Assembly: GCF_036588685.1 (NCBI RefSeq) | Contig: NC_086378.1 | Span: 33,232,001 to 33,296,000, forward strand | DNA length: 64,000 nucleotides | Origin: Mytilus trossulus | Lineage: Eukaryota | Reading direction: 5' to 3' | Shown: in pieces, positions 13,901-28,900 of the stretch | Numbering within the stretch: position 1 is the stretch's first letter | Layout of the letters: each line of letters starts with the position of its first letter | Translations under genes and position numbers: made by a program | The notes under the pieces: generated by a model | Databases searched by the model: none | Told to the model about the DNA's origin: nothing | Seen by the model: the letters and a program-made list of their open reading frames with translations, nothing else

Positions 13901-16900
13901 ATAACAGACTTCTGAAACATTAAAAATTCTTTCGTCTTGGGTATTTTTGTCTCTGAGTATGGGACAGGGGATTTCAATTTTAAGCACATCGGTTGTTACG
14001 TGTGTAACACTTAGTTGACGTGAAGGAAGGCATTTGGTCATTTTTGGAATTCTTTTGTCATGATTTGATATGAACTTTCCGAAATTTAGTAATGTATTGA
14101 ATGAAATTTCTATCAAAATACATATTAAATAAACTCATCATAGATACCCAGAAACAATTTTGTCTAAAATTTATCAAAAGTGAGTCGCAATATTTTCCTC
14201 ACAAATGTTAGAAACAATTCTTTGAATAATGAACTTCAAGTAATTCTTTTAACAAATGTTTAATGTTAGCGACCTGTCTTGTTGAGTGGTTAATTCTTTT
14301 TTCTTTAAAGTAAAATAATTATTAAACTAAATCAAATTCAATTAAAAAGAAAGGTCTTTATTATGTATAGCCAGAAACAGATTTTAAATCGATGCGTTAC
14401 CTATCTTATTAAAATTTATTGGTTTCATACGAAGGTTGGATTATTTTTATCAGAATAAAATATAATAACTCGAATTGATATATTTGTTTCTTTTTATGGT
14501 AATTATTCTTTTTTCTGTTAATAAAAAGAAAATACTGTGAATAGTTTTACTTGTCTATGTCAAGATGTAAAACAGTTTGACGTTTTATTTCTTTCCCGGC
14601 ATTATACATCCATAGTATACGTGTTAATCATCGTTGATTGGTGGACTGATACGATAATTTTGTTCCTTGATTAACGTTCGACAGGCTTGTGCGGTCTTAA
14701 ATTTTTGAATACTAGTATAGTAGTTTCATCTATATCAATTTGTCATTTTCCCTATTATAACATTTGAATGAGTGAGGATTCGAATGATGGGTGTTAAAAG
14801 CATAGCAGGAGACGCTCATATTGTCGACTAACCCCGTCCTACTCCATTTGCAGTTCATGTATTTCCGCATTTGTTTGCAGTTAACTTGATAAGAATCCCT
14901 CTAATCGATAAACGATATATAGTATTGTCACATTAATTATAAACTGGTTGTACGCTTCCAAATGGAATTTAATTTGCTTAATAGAATAGTTATCACAGTA
15001 AAGGTTAAGGAAAAGGTGTGTGTGTGTTTTGGATTCTATTAAATCAAAAGCATATCGCAAGTGTCATTGGGTTAATGAGGTTGTTTTGGCTTTTGAGAGT
15101 TATCGTTGACACACCGGATAGGCAGTTGAAAGTTGCAAATTAGTGCTATGTTGCCAGATATGCAAGCCAGGAAAGGAATTAGCTGTGTCACTAGTTCCTC
15201 TGCAATTCCATGTAAAAGGAAAAATTACTCGAAATGTAGAAAAATAAAATAAAAGGTTAAACAATACTTACAACACCATCATTGAATGTTGCCGCCACCC
15301 ACCAGACATGCATAATATTTTGCCAACAATGTCATTTATAAAATGTAGCATGTATGGTTCTACTTTGGTAAATTGAAATTGTTAGAAGCTAAACAAATAT
15401 TTCTTACCAACACAATTGTCAGAGCATCTGTCATCTTTTGCTGGTAGCTGTGAAATAAATACATGGTTGTATAACGGACATGTGTAATCGTAATAATACA
15501 CTTTTTGAGTAAAAGGTTTTAAAATTAGTATTAGTTAAGATAAATTGCCGATATTTACCCTTATATAGTACTGCGGATTCCCCCAACAACTGAATACACG
15601 AAAATACAAGTAATATCATTGATAGAATACAATACAACATTTCTTGAACCATGTCTTTCAACGGAAAGGATCGTCAATTTCGCACGCTTTTATGACGTCA
15701 TTTACCAGATAGAGGGCCTGCCTGTTTCCTGTTATATTTAAAGTCTCTAGCTCTTTCATAATCGTCAGTATGTAGGGTAGAAGAGAAATGATTAATGTTC
15801 CGTAAGTACGTAATCTTGATTCCCATACGACTGAGGGAAGGTGACCATCTTATTAGATTTAAATTTTCCAAATATTGTGTGCAGTATAAAATCAAACCTT
15901 TTCACCCGTTTGCTCAACATGTACTGGGACTGACAATGCCTAGATCTGTTTTACAAGGTGATGGAAGTCACATGATCGATTCGTCTAAAAATCGTATCCC
16001 GGAACTGTCGTATTTGTAAACATTACAATGATTTACTTGGAAATAATAACTTAATACTAATTAGCTATTCCATATTCTTGATCTGTGTTTTGGTGAAAAT
16101 GTCTATGATCAGAAAAAGGGGAATATATATCAAAGAGATATCACAAACTAGCTGAAAAGATCCTTTATCATTTAGCAAACAACTACACATAAAAACAAAG
16201 ATAAAAAACATGAACCCTCTCAAAATCGGTTGTGAACTTGTATGCAACCGATTGTAAGCAGTTCCTTATTACTACATAAAATATGTTACAAGTCAAACAA
16301 TAAATGTACTTTGTTTTATTCCATTACGTAAACCAAATGAAGATAGAATCCCCAAACATTTAAACAGATGGCTAAATTATAACTTTTTTTATCATTGGTT
16401 CAATGACGTCCTTTCACTCAAGGACCCTATATAGGGTCATCATGATAGTAAACGCAATCCCTAAGTTATTGTATCCACTCGATATACTAGCATTCCGTAC
16501 ATTCAATGTTACCAATACAACTAAGTCGATATACTAGTATTTAAAGATGGATTGGTAGTTCCCAAAGTTTGTCAGTAGCGAAGTACTTTAATATAAATAC
16601 AAAATAGGAATTTATTGAGCTTTGTAATTTTAAAACTTTGGATTTCAACTAAAATTAAAGAATGAAGCTAGAATGACTAGCTATAAGTAATTTTCAGAGT
16701 TTGACTTTATTTATTGTCCTTTTCAGATATATAATATTGTCAAAGTTTGGACTTATTACCAAAAAGTTGCCTTGTGCATCCCTTTAAAAGACACGTTCAT
16801 CGAATTACGCATCTGGTGCATTAAGATATGCAGTAACAAATATAATTTATAAAACTGTTCGACAGTGACCCAAGGATAATCAACAACCAAGATGTTCAGC

Positions 16901-19900
16901 AATTAAGAAGTTTGGCATATATATCAAATGGTTCACTTCATAATGAAAATGTATACTAAGTATCAAATTTATGTAATCACAAACTATCTCAAACCAAAAC
17001 TTTAACATACTAGCTTCCACTATAATTTGAATCAGAAACGGTATACCAGAGGGACCACGAACTTGAAAACATACTGTATCCTTTTTATCGTAGATGGGAC
17101 ACAAAAAATATATCTCCCTCATGCATAAATCTGATTCATTGTCATATATAAACCTTTGGTCTAGTTATGTCAGCTTGACAAATTCGTATAAATATTTAGA
17201 TTTTTAAGTATGTTAGACCCAACTTTCTGGTGCTATACAATCTGTTCAGTGTATTGTTACAATAATATCAAGACAATATCAGTATTGTACATATTCAACA
17301 CTAATTATGGTGACTGAAAGCGATATTAGTTGGCACACTAAAGTGAGAACTATCAAAAGTAAAATCACACAATTTCCGAACACCGAGGACAATTGCATGC
17401 GGAAAGCCCCGAATCAAAATCAAAATCAAAATCTCAAACACACTAAACTAATTGACAACAACTGTCATATTCCTGACTTGGTACAGGCATTTTCTATATA
17501 AACAAACACATTATGAAAACACGACAAAGCATATTAGCATAAATGAAAGACAAGAATACGAAAACTATCATAGAACAAGTAAAGAGCCACGCCAATGGAT
17601 ACCACTGAAAACATACTAAACAGTAAAAGAAATATTCAAAAAGACAAACAAAAAATGAAATATTAAACAGCTTCATACCATTTTTTCAGTGATGTGACCA
17701 AGCCAATACATTTTCAACTCACATCGTCCACCCTACATTTTTGTACCTGCTGGCTAAATTTCGATCCTTTGTTTAAATTGTTTTGTGGCGTAGTCGTAGA
17801 GTCGAACACATAAGCATGTTTTGTTAACTTTGAGGACAAAGTACATTATCAGTGTTTAAGATTTTCACGAGGATTATATTACGGTCAGAAAATAATATCT
17901 GCATTATGGAATAGGAAAGGAATAAACCCTTTATGGAAGAGTTAACAATAGCAATTTATTTTAGAAACATTTCGAAAAAAAATGAAATCACCAAATTTTG
18001 ACATCAGCAGCCTACTATAGACTCTTCAGATAAAATTGCTGCAAAGTGCACAAATTTTTTGTCGAACACCTGGCTTCTCAATTTTTGATAATTGGGTTTA
18101 AACATTCGACATGATCAAAGTGGTGTCCATACTCCTTGAGTTCTATACTGTAGTATATTTGTATGTGACAATACAAGTAAAATAAAATTCGTATCGGTTT
18201 GGAAAATCAATCTGAAAATTCACTGAATTATAATATCTATTTAAAACATGTCGAAAAACGTTAAAACATTTGAATAACTGAACCAAATTACTTTACAAAT
18301 GAAGTGTGATAAGGTATAAATGAATAAGGATGAATAGAGTAAATTATAGTTTTACAATATAAATTAGCGCTGTAACTCTTTATAAAATACCAAAATTCAA
18401 GAGTTAAAAGACTGTATAAAAGGCGCAAAGGTAAATGTTTTGTTGAGTTGCTTTTTGAATGAAAAAAATCAACATTCATTTTTCTTTCCATTTTATAAAA
18501 ACGGCATTGCAGGAAATATTTACGACCGGAAAATGATACGATTATTAATAAGGTATTTGCTTTGTGGAAAAAAATGTATCTTTAGATTGCAGCCGGTCCA
18601 TTGAAGTCGTAAAATAAGCACCCTTTTCTTGATTAGTCACTCCACTACATTATTAACTTCACAGTTATAATTTGTATGGCTGTTTTCTTTGCATTAATAT
18701 TGAGCATGTTGTACATTCCGTGTACCCTATTTTGAAATTTTTGAAATGACATTCTGAGACATACAATTTGGGCTAGCATATGTAGATTATAATAAAAATG
18801 ATATCTGAAAACTAATTACGTGTCATATCGATAAATATTTGTGTATTTTGTATTTTTGAAAAGATGTATAAACATATATGAAACTGCAATTTGATAAAAC
18901 AATAATGACTTGATTATATACTATAAGTATAGAAATGGATACCTCTTTCTAGCTTAAAAAGTACGTTCTAATTTATAGGCAAAGTAGATACCTTGTCTGA
19001 AAACCATCTGGACACAACATCTGTCTTGTGTTTTCTTTTATGATCTGGACATATCCATTCATCTTTAGACGAAACTCTATGGTCAAAAAAGCAAAGATTT
19101 GTTCCACAAACTATACCAATTTGAGTTGTAAACGGCAAATCTATAGTACAAGCAGAATCCTCTGTTACTGAGAAATAAAAGTTTGAAATTTGTGTAATAG
19201 CATGTGTAAGACATTCCTGAGCCGTTGATGCAATCGTAGATACAATCGCGGTTTTTATTTTCTTGTGTGAAAGAGTAATAATTAATTTATTTCTCTGAAT
19301 GTCAAATCTCATATCATGTTGTGCATCAATGCAAACATCAGCACTGTCGGTAAAAAGCAGCAGCCCGGAGTTTTGACTGACCTGTAATTTCCATATTGTT
19401 ATGAAAGTCGCGATAAACCTGTACAGAATAGCTGGTGGTACAACTTCGTCTTTAAAAGTATAAGACAAATGAATGCTTCTGTCAAACGGCATACTTATGT
19501 TGTCTTCTCGTTTGGTACTAATCATACATGGTATTAGAAAATAGTCTGATCCATTCATATTGTCTTCTTGGCTACAGATTATATCCAAATGAACTAGCAT
19601 TTCAACCATATACTCCTTATGTTCTAAGATCGTCTTGAAGCAGTCTTGATTCCATATCTCATATAAATCCCTTTTCAGCAGTTTTCCACTTCCTTTAAGT
19701 GCTTTATAAATTTGAAGAAGATGTTGTGGCCAAAACTCTTCCTCAGTTACGATGGAGCGTAGGACATCTATCAAAAACACCGGATCTATGATAACTTTAT
19801 CTCTCAGGCCAGCTTCGTCAAAGAAAATAAGTTTTCCTAAAGCATGATTAACCTTTAGAAACAGTGTCAGCTCATCGTCATCCAATGCCATGATTTCATT

Positions 19901-22900
19901 TTGATTGTTTATGCGTTTGAGTTCATCAATAGATACTATTTTCTGCTTTTCGTCGATTTTCTTTGCTAACTGAAGTTCAAGAGGTACAAATTTGGTCGGC
20001 ATTAATTCCCCACAACGAGGATGATCCAAAGCAACTTCTACTAACTGTTTCTTTAAAACATCTATATCTTGGTCGTCCTTGTTTCTTGCGTCAACAAAAA
20101 TAAGTGGTCGGTATTTAAGATGTTTTTTCCCTCCATGGTTTTGAAAGAGTATTTCGATGGAGTTTTCTAATGAATGTCTCTGCTCCTCTATGTTACCCTG
20201 AAATATACATGTTGATCACATATACTTAGAGTTAATAATTTAAACTTTGAGAGTATGATAATAGCATTTTAATTTATGTGAATTTCATGATTTACAAATT
20301 GGTGTTTAGTGGTCTGATATTATCGCTCCAGTTGTTATCACATGCCATTCCATAACGTTATCGCATGTCATTTCGGCGTTACTCGGCAAAATCCAGATGG
20401 TACGTTTTCTTTGAAAAAGATAAAGCATTAGGATTACAACACATTTTAAGCGAAAAAAGAAACAGGAAAATATATTATGTAAAATGCAGAAAAATAAAAA
20501 TAATGATACAATAATTACATTTCAAGATTCCAGCATTGTTTGGAAAGTTAGAGTGTTCATTATGTTTTGTTGATTTTTTTATCGTCAAAATAAATATGTA
20601 TTATATTGTTGTTTTTCTTGTCTGTTGATGGATATAATAGAAATATTTCATACCGGATGCATTAGATAACTTGAGAACCACTATCAAAAGGATCAATATA
20701 TTAAACTGTTATTTCTCCATTTTGAAGTATGTAATAAAAGAGTATGCCATGTCATTTTTCATATTAGGTGTATTATAAACCCTCGATCAATACCCTGAGC
20801 TAATATTGAACCTTGGTCTGATAATAAATATGATATGAAAAATGTCATGTAATAATCGAGTAATAATAAAAGCTGCCAACCATCACATTTGGTAACTTTT
20901 AGATTTTTTAGCAGTTGCTTGTGGCTGCGCAAATCTATTTATCTCTTTTGAAACTATTATTGCAACAATAATTAAGCCTGAACGAAACTCAAACTTTATC
21001 TCTAACACCTCATGGTAGGACTGAAGTGAATTGATTCAGATGCTACAAAACTTTTTGTAAGACGGACTGCAGGATTGCTATGTTTTACTCCCATATCTGT
21101 CATGACAGCCTCCATAAAAAGGTAACTGAACAGATGTTTCCAATTACCAGCCTTTGTAAATATCACTTCACCAGAAGTATGCATGATTGCATAGTATGGT
21201 TGTACATATAACCAACATATTTTAGCGTAATAACCATGATAGATCGATTGAAATCTGTTGCACAGATACTGACGAGTATGTCCTCTCTACCTTGATAAGG
21301 ACCTACATGTGCCAAAAACGGTTAATATCCGGATTAGTTCTTACATTAGCAACATGACAGGTGTCAAATGTAAAGCTGGATCTACATATCAAACCGGAGC
21401 CCTGATATCGATTTCGTTTTTTGGTGGATTTTATGTTGTTCAGAATTTAGTTTTCAATATTTTTTTGTTCATTCTTGTATTTGTCTTTGGTCCTTTGCTT
21501 TGATCATTTTCAATTTATGAATACGAACATGATGAGTGTCACCTTTGTATCTTTCTCTTCCTTTGAGATAATATATCAACCTACTTTAACTTGATCCTTG
21601 TGAGTTGCCACAAATAGAATTTTCGGAAACTCTTCATTCTCCTTCAACGTCTTGCAATATGTAAGTACGGAATTCACCCAATGGACAAGGTATGCTACAA
21701 AACAACTACATATTTAATAAATAAGTCTTATGGCTGTATGCAGATATAACATTTACACACGAACTTAACAAATAAGTTGATTTTTGGAGATTAAAAAACA
21801 CAGATGTGCTACATAGATGATATATAGCTGATATGGTAAAAAGGTAAATCATCACCTCGAGAAGACATTGTCATGCTACATGTATGTGCTCCATAGGTTG
21901 AAATTGTTGTTTAGTGGTAAAAATCTATTCCATAAGTCTCTCAGTTTTATGTTATTCAATTTATATACTGAATGTAATGAGGGTGGTAAAAGGTTATTTT
22001 CGTGCAACGTGATCGCCGTTTTTTATTTCACGTTCAAAGTGTTTTTACTTTTTTATTTGACGTTCAGTCGTGCAAGACAGGTTCCTCAATCAACGTGTTT
22101 TGCTTATTTAATTTTACGTGCATCGTGATTTTCTAATGCTTATTTTGCGTTCTCAGTATTTTTCAAATAAAATTCAAACACTTGGCAGGAATCGTCAAGA
22201 AATACTTTTTTAAAAGCCGTAAACTATTTATATCATAAATGTGTATACTAAATCGGGAATATCAAGTAAAACAGAGAGTTTATATAAACAATTAGACAGT
22301 GACTCAGTCACAAAAGGTTCACATCAAAGTCTTTATTTTTCGTGCAACGTTCATGACAGAAATTATTTCACGTTCAACGTGAAATTATGTCTTATTTCAC
22401 GTTTTTTTTCGTGCAAGCACACCCCTTTACCACTCTCTGTAATGATTCTCTTTTGAATTTCAGATGGAAAATAATAAACCTTGAAGTTGTGAACATAACA
22501 ACTGTCTATAAGCGGAAATTTTAATAAACATATTCCTTTTTTTTTTTTAACATATTCCTAAGATTTGTAGGATTGACAAATGATTCACCGAATATGTGGT
22601 TTAACAATGCAGAGTCATTTTTCCAGAATATAAATTAGTTTTTGATTTTGAAAACAGTAAGTAATATGCATAAGCTAATACAAAATTGTTTACAAATATT
22701 TATATCTTCATTAAAATTAATTGAATCGGAGTAAAAAGTCCACTCATTTAACATACACAACAATCCAAAAAGAGTTAAGTTAATCATAAATGAATATCTC
22801 CTAATTGTCTTCTCTTTTTATGCATGCGCTTCTAAGTTAACTTTAAAAATCTTTAGTAATGATTTATTTTAACAGCACCATCATACGCAAACACGCTTTA

Positions 22901-25900
22901 ACAAGACGCTGATCATCAACTAGCTCGTTTAGTACTAGCTTTATTACCTGTTTAAATTCTCTTTTTAAGATATAAAACAAAGAAATGATTATAAAGTGAG
23001 TACAGGTGCAATTTATGCATGTATTCTTGTTCGATAAGATTAATGTTGAATATACATTTTTATAAGTGCAAAACTGAATGTTGATGTTATCCTGAAGTTC
23101 TTCTCTGATAATCACCTATCCGAAAATTATGTATTTGTAATTTAAGAATAGACGTTACATACCTCCATCCTCTTCATTAATGCTCTCGCCACCATTGAAA
23201 ATAAGAACAAAAGTGCCCCTACTTGATATAAACAATTGATGGGTTAGATGGTAAATTTTCTGTCCTCCAAAATCCCACAGGTCAATTGGCACAATTGTCA
23301 TTTCGTAGTTTCCTTTCATGCATTCCGAACGAACAAGCTTGATAATGTCGTCATCGGATATTTCAATGGTCTTTGGTGAATCATTTCTTGATGTTCCCTT
23401 CATGTTAGTACTGATATCGACTGGTGTTTTGATACTTGTGTTTTTTTTACCTGCAAAGCAACAGGTTACATTGTCTTATCACAAGTCATAATTTAAAAGG
23501 TATATGTAGGCGTAACTTCAACCAAAACATTAACACATCGATACATTTGTCTGATAATGTTACAAGTATGAATTCCTATACATGTGAAATAATCTCGTAT
23601 GCCTTAGTGAAATAATTGATTTAAATAAATAATAAGAATAAGCTATAATAGTTCTATCATAGTCCAATTCAACTATTCATTTTTAAACTTGACATGCTAA
23701 TTTACTCAGAAAGTTTTCCAGGAAAATGTTAAAAGTGAAAGTAAAAGTACATCAGACGTTGAAATGAATAAAAAAAATCTGCAGTTGGGTGCAGACCAGC
23801 AATAATATAAAGTAAACACACGTTAATCCCGCGTGCACATATTTCATTTGTTAACTCCAAATTTTGCATTTACTACAATTGCGTTAACGCGGTCAAGACA
23901 GAGATTTGTAATGTCTACTCGAGTAAATATTCATTGCGGGAGATTTGACTTGAAAAAAAAACAGACGACATAAAATGAAATTTTGTTTTCAGACAAAACA
24001 CTGATTAAAAAATAATTGCTGTAGTTCATGGTTACCTGAATTTAAAAATGATTAAGTTGTTCAACCTTTAAATATAGGAAATATAGTGTCAAGTGTATTT
24101 TATCTATCCATCCCTGCAGACATAAGGAACTGTTTAAACAATATTGTCGAAATATTTTCTTCCACGTCAGTAAACGTACAATGGTCCAAACTTTAATTCT
24201 AATTCTGCACCAATTGTAGCTGGTTTGTACAGCTGATAGACAATCTGCACACATTGGTTGTTTTGTTTAATATATACGTGTATGTTTCAGGTATGTTTGA
24301 GATTTATTTATTTGATAAACAACTAGTATGTGTTACATAATACACAAGTACCTTTAAATATTTTTAACATTCGCTTTCGGAAAGCTTTCAGCTTCGACTC
24401 CTTTTTGACCTCATTTTGAAAACCGACACTTGGGTTTGAAGCACATGCATATGGAGTCCGTAATTCTTCGCTAAGTGGCATAGCGCCTTGATTCTTTATT
24501 TCTTCACTCCTTAAGAAACTCTGTACTGATGCATTTAAAACAGTACCTGAAACATTTTAAGTCGAATTATATCTTTTGCATTAATTTATATCATTATGTG
24601 TAGCTTTAATCATGTATGTGATTATCATAATATGTGTTTAGTGATTTAAGATTTAAGATGTTAATGTACAATCCATGAATTATTATTCTTTCCCATGGTC
24701 TCGTGCTTGATAATATATGATTTCTGCTATTTTTTATTATATTTGAAGTATGGGAACTGTTTTTTTAACTTAAAAAAACACGTTTATCTTAACTAAATTG
24801 ATATAAACTTTGAGTGTTTTTGTCAAGAAGTTTCAATTTTAATAAAGAAAACAAAAAAAGAAATATCATTTACTCTAATTTTAGTATGTAAGAACTCTAA
24901 CTTATTCTTTTATATTTCATATATTTTCTTCCAAATTTTGTATTTGGTAAGTGTCAATAGTGCAACGTACTCTGGTTAAACATGGTGTTCATATACTATT
25001 TTTTTTTATAATTGATATTTGAAAGATGTTCTTTTGTTCAAAAGGATTACTCTTACATGGAAACTAATTTATCTTCATCATTTATTTGTTATCAATAGGA
25101 ACCCTTTTGTACCAGCCTCATGAACAATCAGGGAGTAAATAAAAAAAAAGATATAATTAATAAAAAAAAAAAATTTAAAACAAACTGTATTCATGCCGGA
25201 AACTAACAATTATAGTTCCTACAATTATTTGCAGATTAAAAACCTGTCAATTTCTATTTTGAGTTCTTTTCAAAAAGTATCAAGTTAAGCGTGAATGTTG
25301 TAGTTTTCTTATGCTTATATTCTGTTAATGAGAATGCTGAAATTTTTTTAATTATTTCTTGTTTTGTTTTTTTGCCCCCTTGGATTTACGAACTTCAATG
25401 AAGATACAACCTAAAATTAAAAATCAAATGTTCAGAGAATAGTTGAAAGTTTTTCCAAATCAAAGACATTATAAGAAGAAATAAGTTTCTTCATACTGAT
25501 TCAATAAATGAATGGTTTTCATATACTTTTGAGTTAAAGAACGGAGATAATGTGCTACTTCCGATGGAGTAAATGTCATTTCCAGTCTCATATGATAGCT
25601 TCTATAACAGTGATTCCAAAAATATGAAGATGCTATATACTTTTACTTGATTACAACATATATGGATTCCGATTACTCTTTAATAAAAAATGTGCAAAAT
25701 GTCTACTTCCAGTTTTCTCCAGGTCACTTTCGGTTGGAATTTTTCAAGGTCATATGTCACCCAACATTTTGGTAAAGTTCATAGGCTTATAAATGAACCA
25801 AATTGAAGTAATAATAAATAAATCTGGTAATTACACATTTCAGGGGCACTAACTCCTATAAGGTACCATTAGATTATTTCAGACCAAATTTAACATATCT

Positions 25901-28900
25901 ACATTATAATTAAGCAAACATTTTGCACTTGTTCTGTTATACATATTTTTAAAGGTGTTAGAGAAAATGCTGAAACAATGAAAAGTCACATTGAGAACTT
26001 GACCTTGACCTTTGAACTTGACCTAGATTTCCATGGTTATACGGCTAACGAATAATGAGATGAAAACACATTCCGACAAATGTATTGTGTAAAGGTAGAT
26101 AACCCCAATAAAATTGTATCGAATCGCTTCGATCCAAATTAGTCAAAAATTCCTGGAGATGTAATGAACAATTTGTTAAAAGAATTTTGTCGATATATTT
26201 TTTTGGTACGAAGGAGATGCACACAGATGATAATAGTGCATAGGGAGACTTCTTACAAAGAAAATTGTTCGGCTTAGCAGGGTGAATTTTAAAAGCGCAT
26301 TAAATATACGACACAATATGAGAAATATCTAAGCGACATATTGCGAAACAAACATTTATCGCGGGAACATGATTTGGAGGAAAAAAAATAATAATTAAAA
26401 ACCAATTGTTCAGAGAACAACTGAAGGTCTTTCCACCAAGAACCACGTTTTTTATATGGGGACAAAGTCCCCAATTACGGTAGAAAAATCAATAAATTTT
26501 ATTTTTTTTTAAATCGGGAAAATTTTCCCGAATTTTTCATTCTACTAATGAACTCAAAATCGTTAACTTTTTTTCAGATATACTTCTTGTTCCGGTTTTC
26601 CCCGCATTTGCGCAGAAATCTGTCTTGTTTGCATGAGACTTTGATTTTTTTTATATTTATCAGTCTAGTAAATCATAAGATTGAAACTCAATACAAATTC
26701 ATTTTAATAATTGTTTGAATTGAATAAAACCGTTACCTGATGAAAGCGGTTCTTTTGTTTACATCGAATATGACGTCATAACTTTAAGAACGTTACAGCT
26801 AAATCCTTAACAACAGAACAAAAATCGGGAACGTAACGTACGGTATTTCGGGTTCTTTTATTTACATGTTTGAATTAAAAATATAATACATACAGACTTC
26901 GTCCCCATTCACAGGTTATGCCTGCCTCATATTATGAAAGTAGTAAAATTAGGTTTAAAATGTCATTTCAATTTGTCAGATGATAGCTTATTGTACGCTG
27001 ATTCCAAAAGAATGTGGTTTCTATACAATATTTTTTTAAATAATGGAAATAATGTGTTACTTCCGATTTGAAAAATTGTATTTTTTGGCCTTAGTTAGTC
27101 TTGTATTATTTTCAATTTTAGTTTCTTGTGTACAATTTGGAGTTTAGTATGGCGTTCATTGTCATTGAACTAGTATATATATTTGTTTAGGGGCCAGCTG
27201 AAGAATTTCTCGCTGCATTGAAGACCTGTTGGTGACCTTATGCTGTTGTCTGCTCTATAGTCGGGTTGTTGTCTCTTTGACACCTCCCCCATTTCCATTC
27301 TCAATTTTATTTTATACTTCATATACTTTTTAAATATTACTTGACACCGATTCCAAAAATATCTGGTTTTATATGCTGTTACTTTTATATTAATAAATTA
27401 CCAAAATTGCAACTTCCGGTTTACACAACGTAATTTTCGGTTGTTTTTTTCAAGGTTAAATGATTTGGAACCTATTGCTAAAAGTCTCATGGCTTTATCA
27501 TGAAAACATATGAGGAAAACGCAAAGGTCGAAATCTACAACGTCAAATTAAAGCCCCCAGTCCCACTAGACCACGATCGCACCACGCTCACCGCGAACTA
27601 AAATAAATTCAGATCGTGGTGAGGTCGCGGTATGAGCGGCATACATTTTCGTTGCTTCCACATTGCTACTACGTCCTCATTACGCTTCTACAACAATCCT
27701 GCTTCGATTATACCGCGTTCTCACCGCGCTTATTTTGCGACCTCACTACGGTTGTCAAAATCTTTCTACGCTCATCACGTTCTCACTACGACCATACCAT
27801 GAGTTAACCGATTGCAACACGATCTTACCACGCTTCTACTGCGATCATAGGACGTTCGTACCACGATTTTACTTCATGTGCGTTCATGAATACCGATCTT
27901 ACGACGTTCTAAGCCATAACGTCAACATCGTGTTCAATATCAATACAGTTCAATTACTTCTATTTCTGATTAAACGTAGATTTCTGGGAAACAATAGTCA
28001 TGCCACCAAAATCTACTAGAACACGTGGGCGTGGTGGTAGGGGTTGATGTAGAGGCAGAGGGAGCTCTCAAAGTTACGAATCCTGATCAAGCAGAGATGT
28101 CGGACCAACCAATCCAACCTAAATTACAACCTATTGCTGGTTCATCAAGCTCAAATGACGATATTTTAGTGAACGATAGCAGAGATGACACAGATGCGTG
28201 ACGCTTGGTTGAGCCGTTAGAGAAAATGGACAAGAAGTCCTAATAACATACAGACAAACAAAACCTGGAGAGCTTTTATATACCGGTATTTCATGTGAAA
28301 ATGACAATGAGCATGATGGTCGTAGTATGAACGTAGCCAGGTCATAAGGAGAGCGTGACGAGGACGGCAAGGGCGTGCTCGAATCGTACTATGGTCTTGA
28401 ACAGCGTGGTGTAAACGTGGTATAGTCGTAGTGGAAGCGCAGATGGGTCGTGGTGAGAACGTAATGGTCGTAGTGCGATCGTAGTAACGGCGCTGAGGGA
28501 TCGTTGTGCAGTCTCTCTGAATAGAATCACGCTCTCGCTACGATGGTACAGCGCCCTTTGCAATCTTTCCACGACCTACATTTAACTGCGCTCTAAAGCC
28601 CCAGTTCAACTAGACCACGATCGCACCACGCTCACCGCGATCTACAATAAATTTAGATCGTGGTGTGGTCGCGGTATGAGCGGTATGAAAATGTAAATTT
28701 TCGTTGCTCTCACGATGCTACTACGTCCTCTCTGCGCTTCTACAAAGATCCCACTACGATTAAACCACGTTCTCACCGCGCTTATTCTGCGACCTCACTA
28801 CGCTTATCAGAGCTTTCTTACAAATTGACGAAAGGTACGTATGCTTGACGAATCATACGTAAGACTCGTTTTAGGGATCCTTTATTTTGACATATTTAAA

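Noticed and set aside
17725-17746. Possible micro-exon VQKCRVDD before a gtgagt donor
   Set aside because: Poor acceptor context and not needed for frame; unsupported without transcripts.
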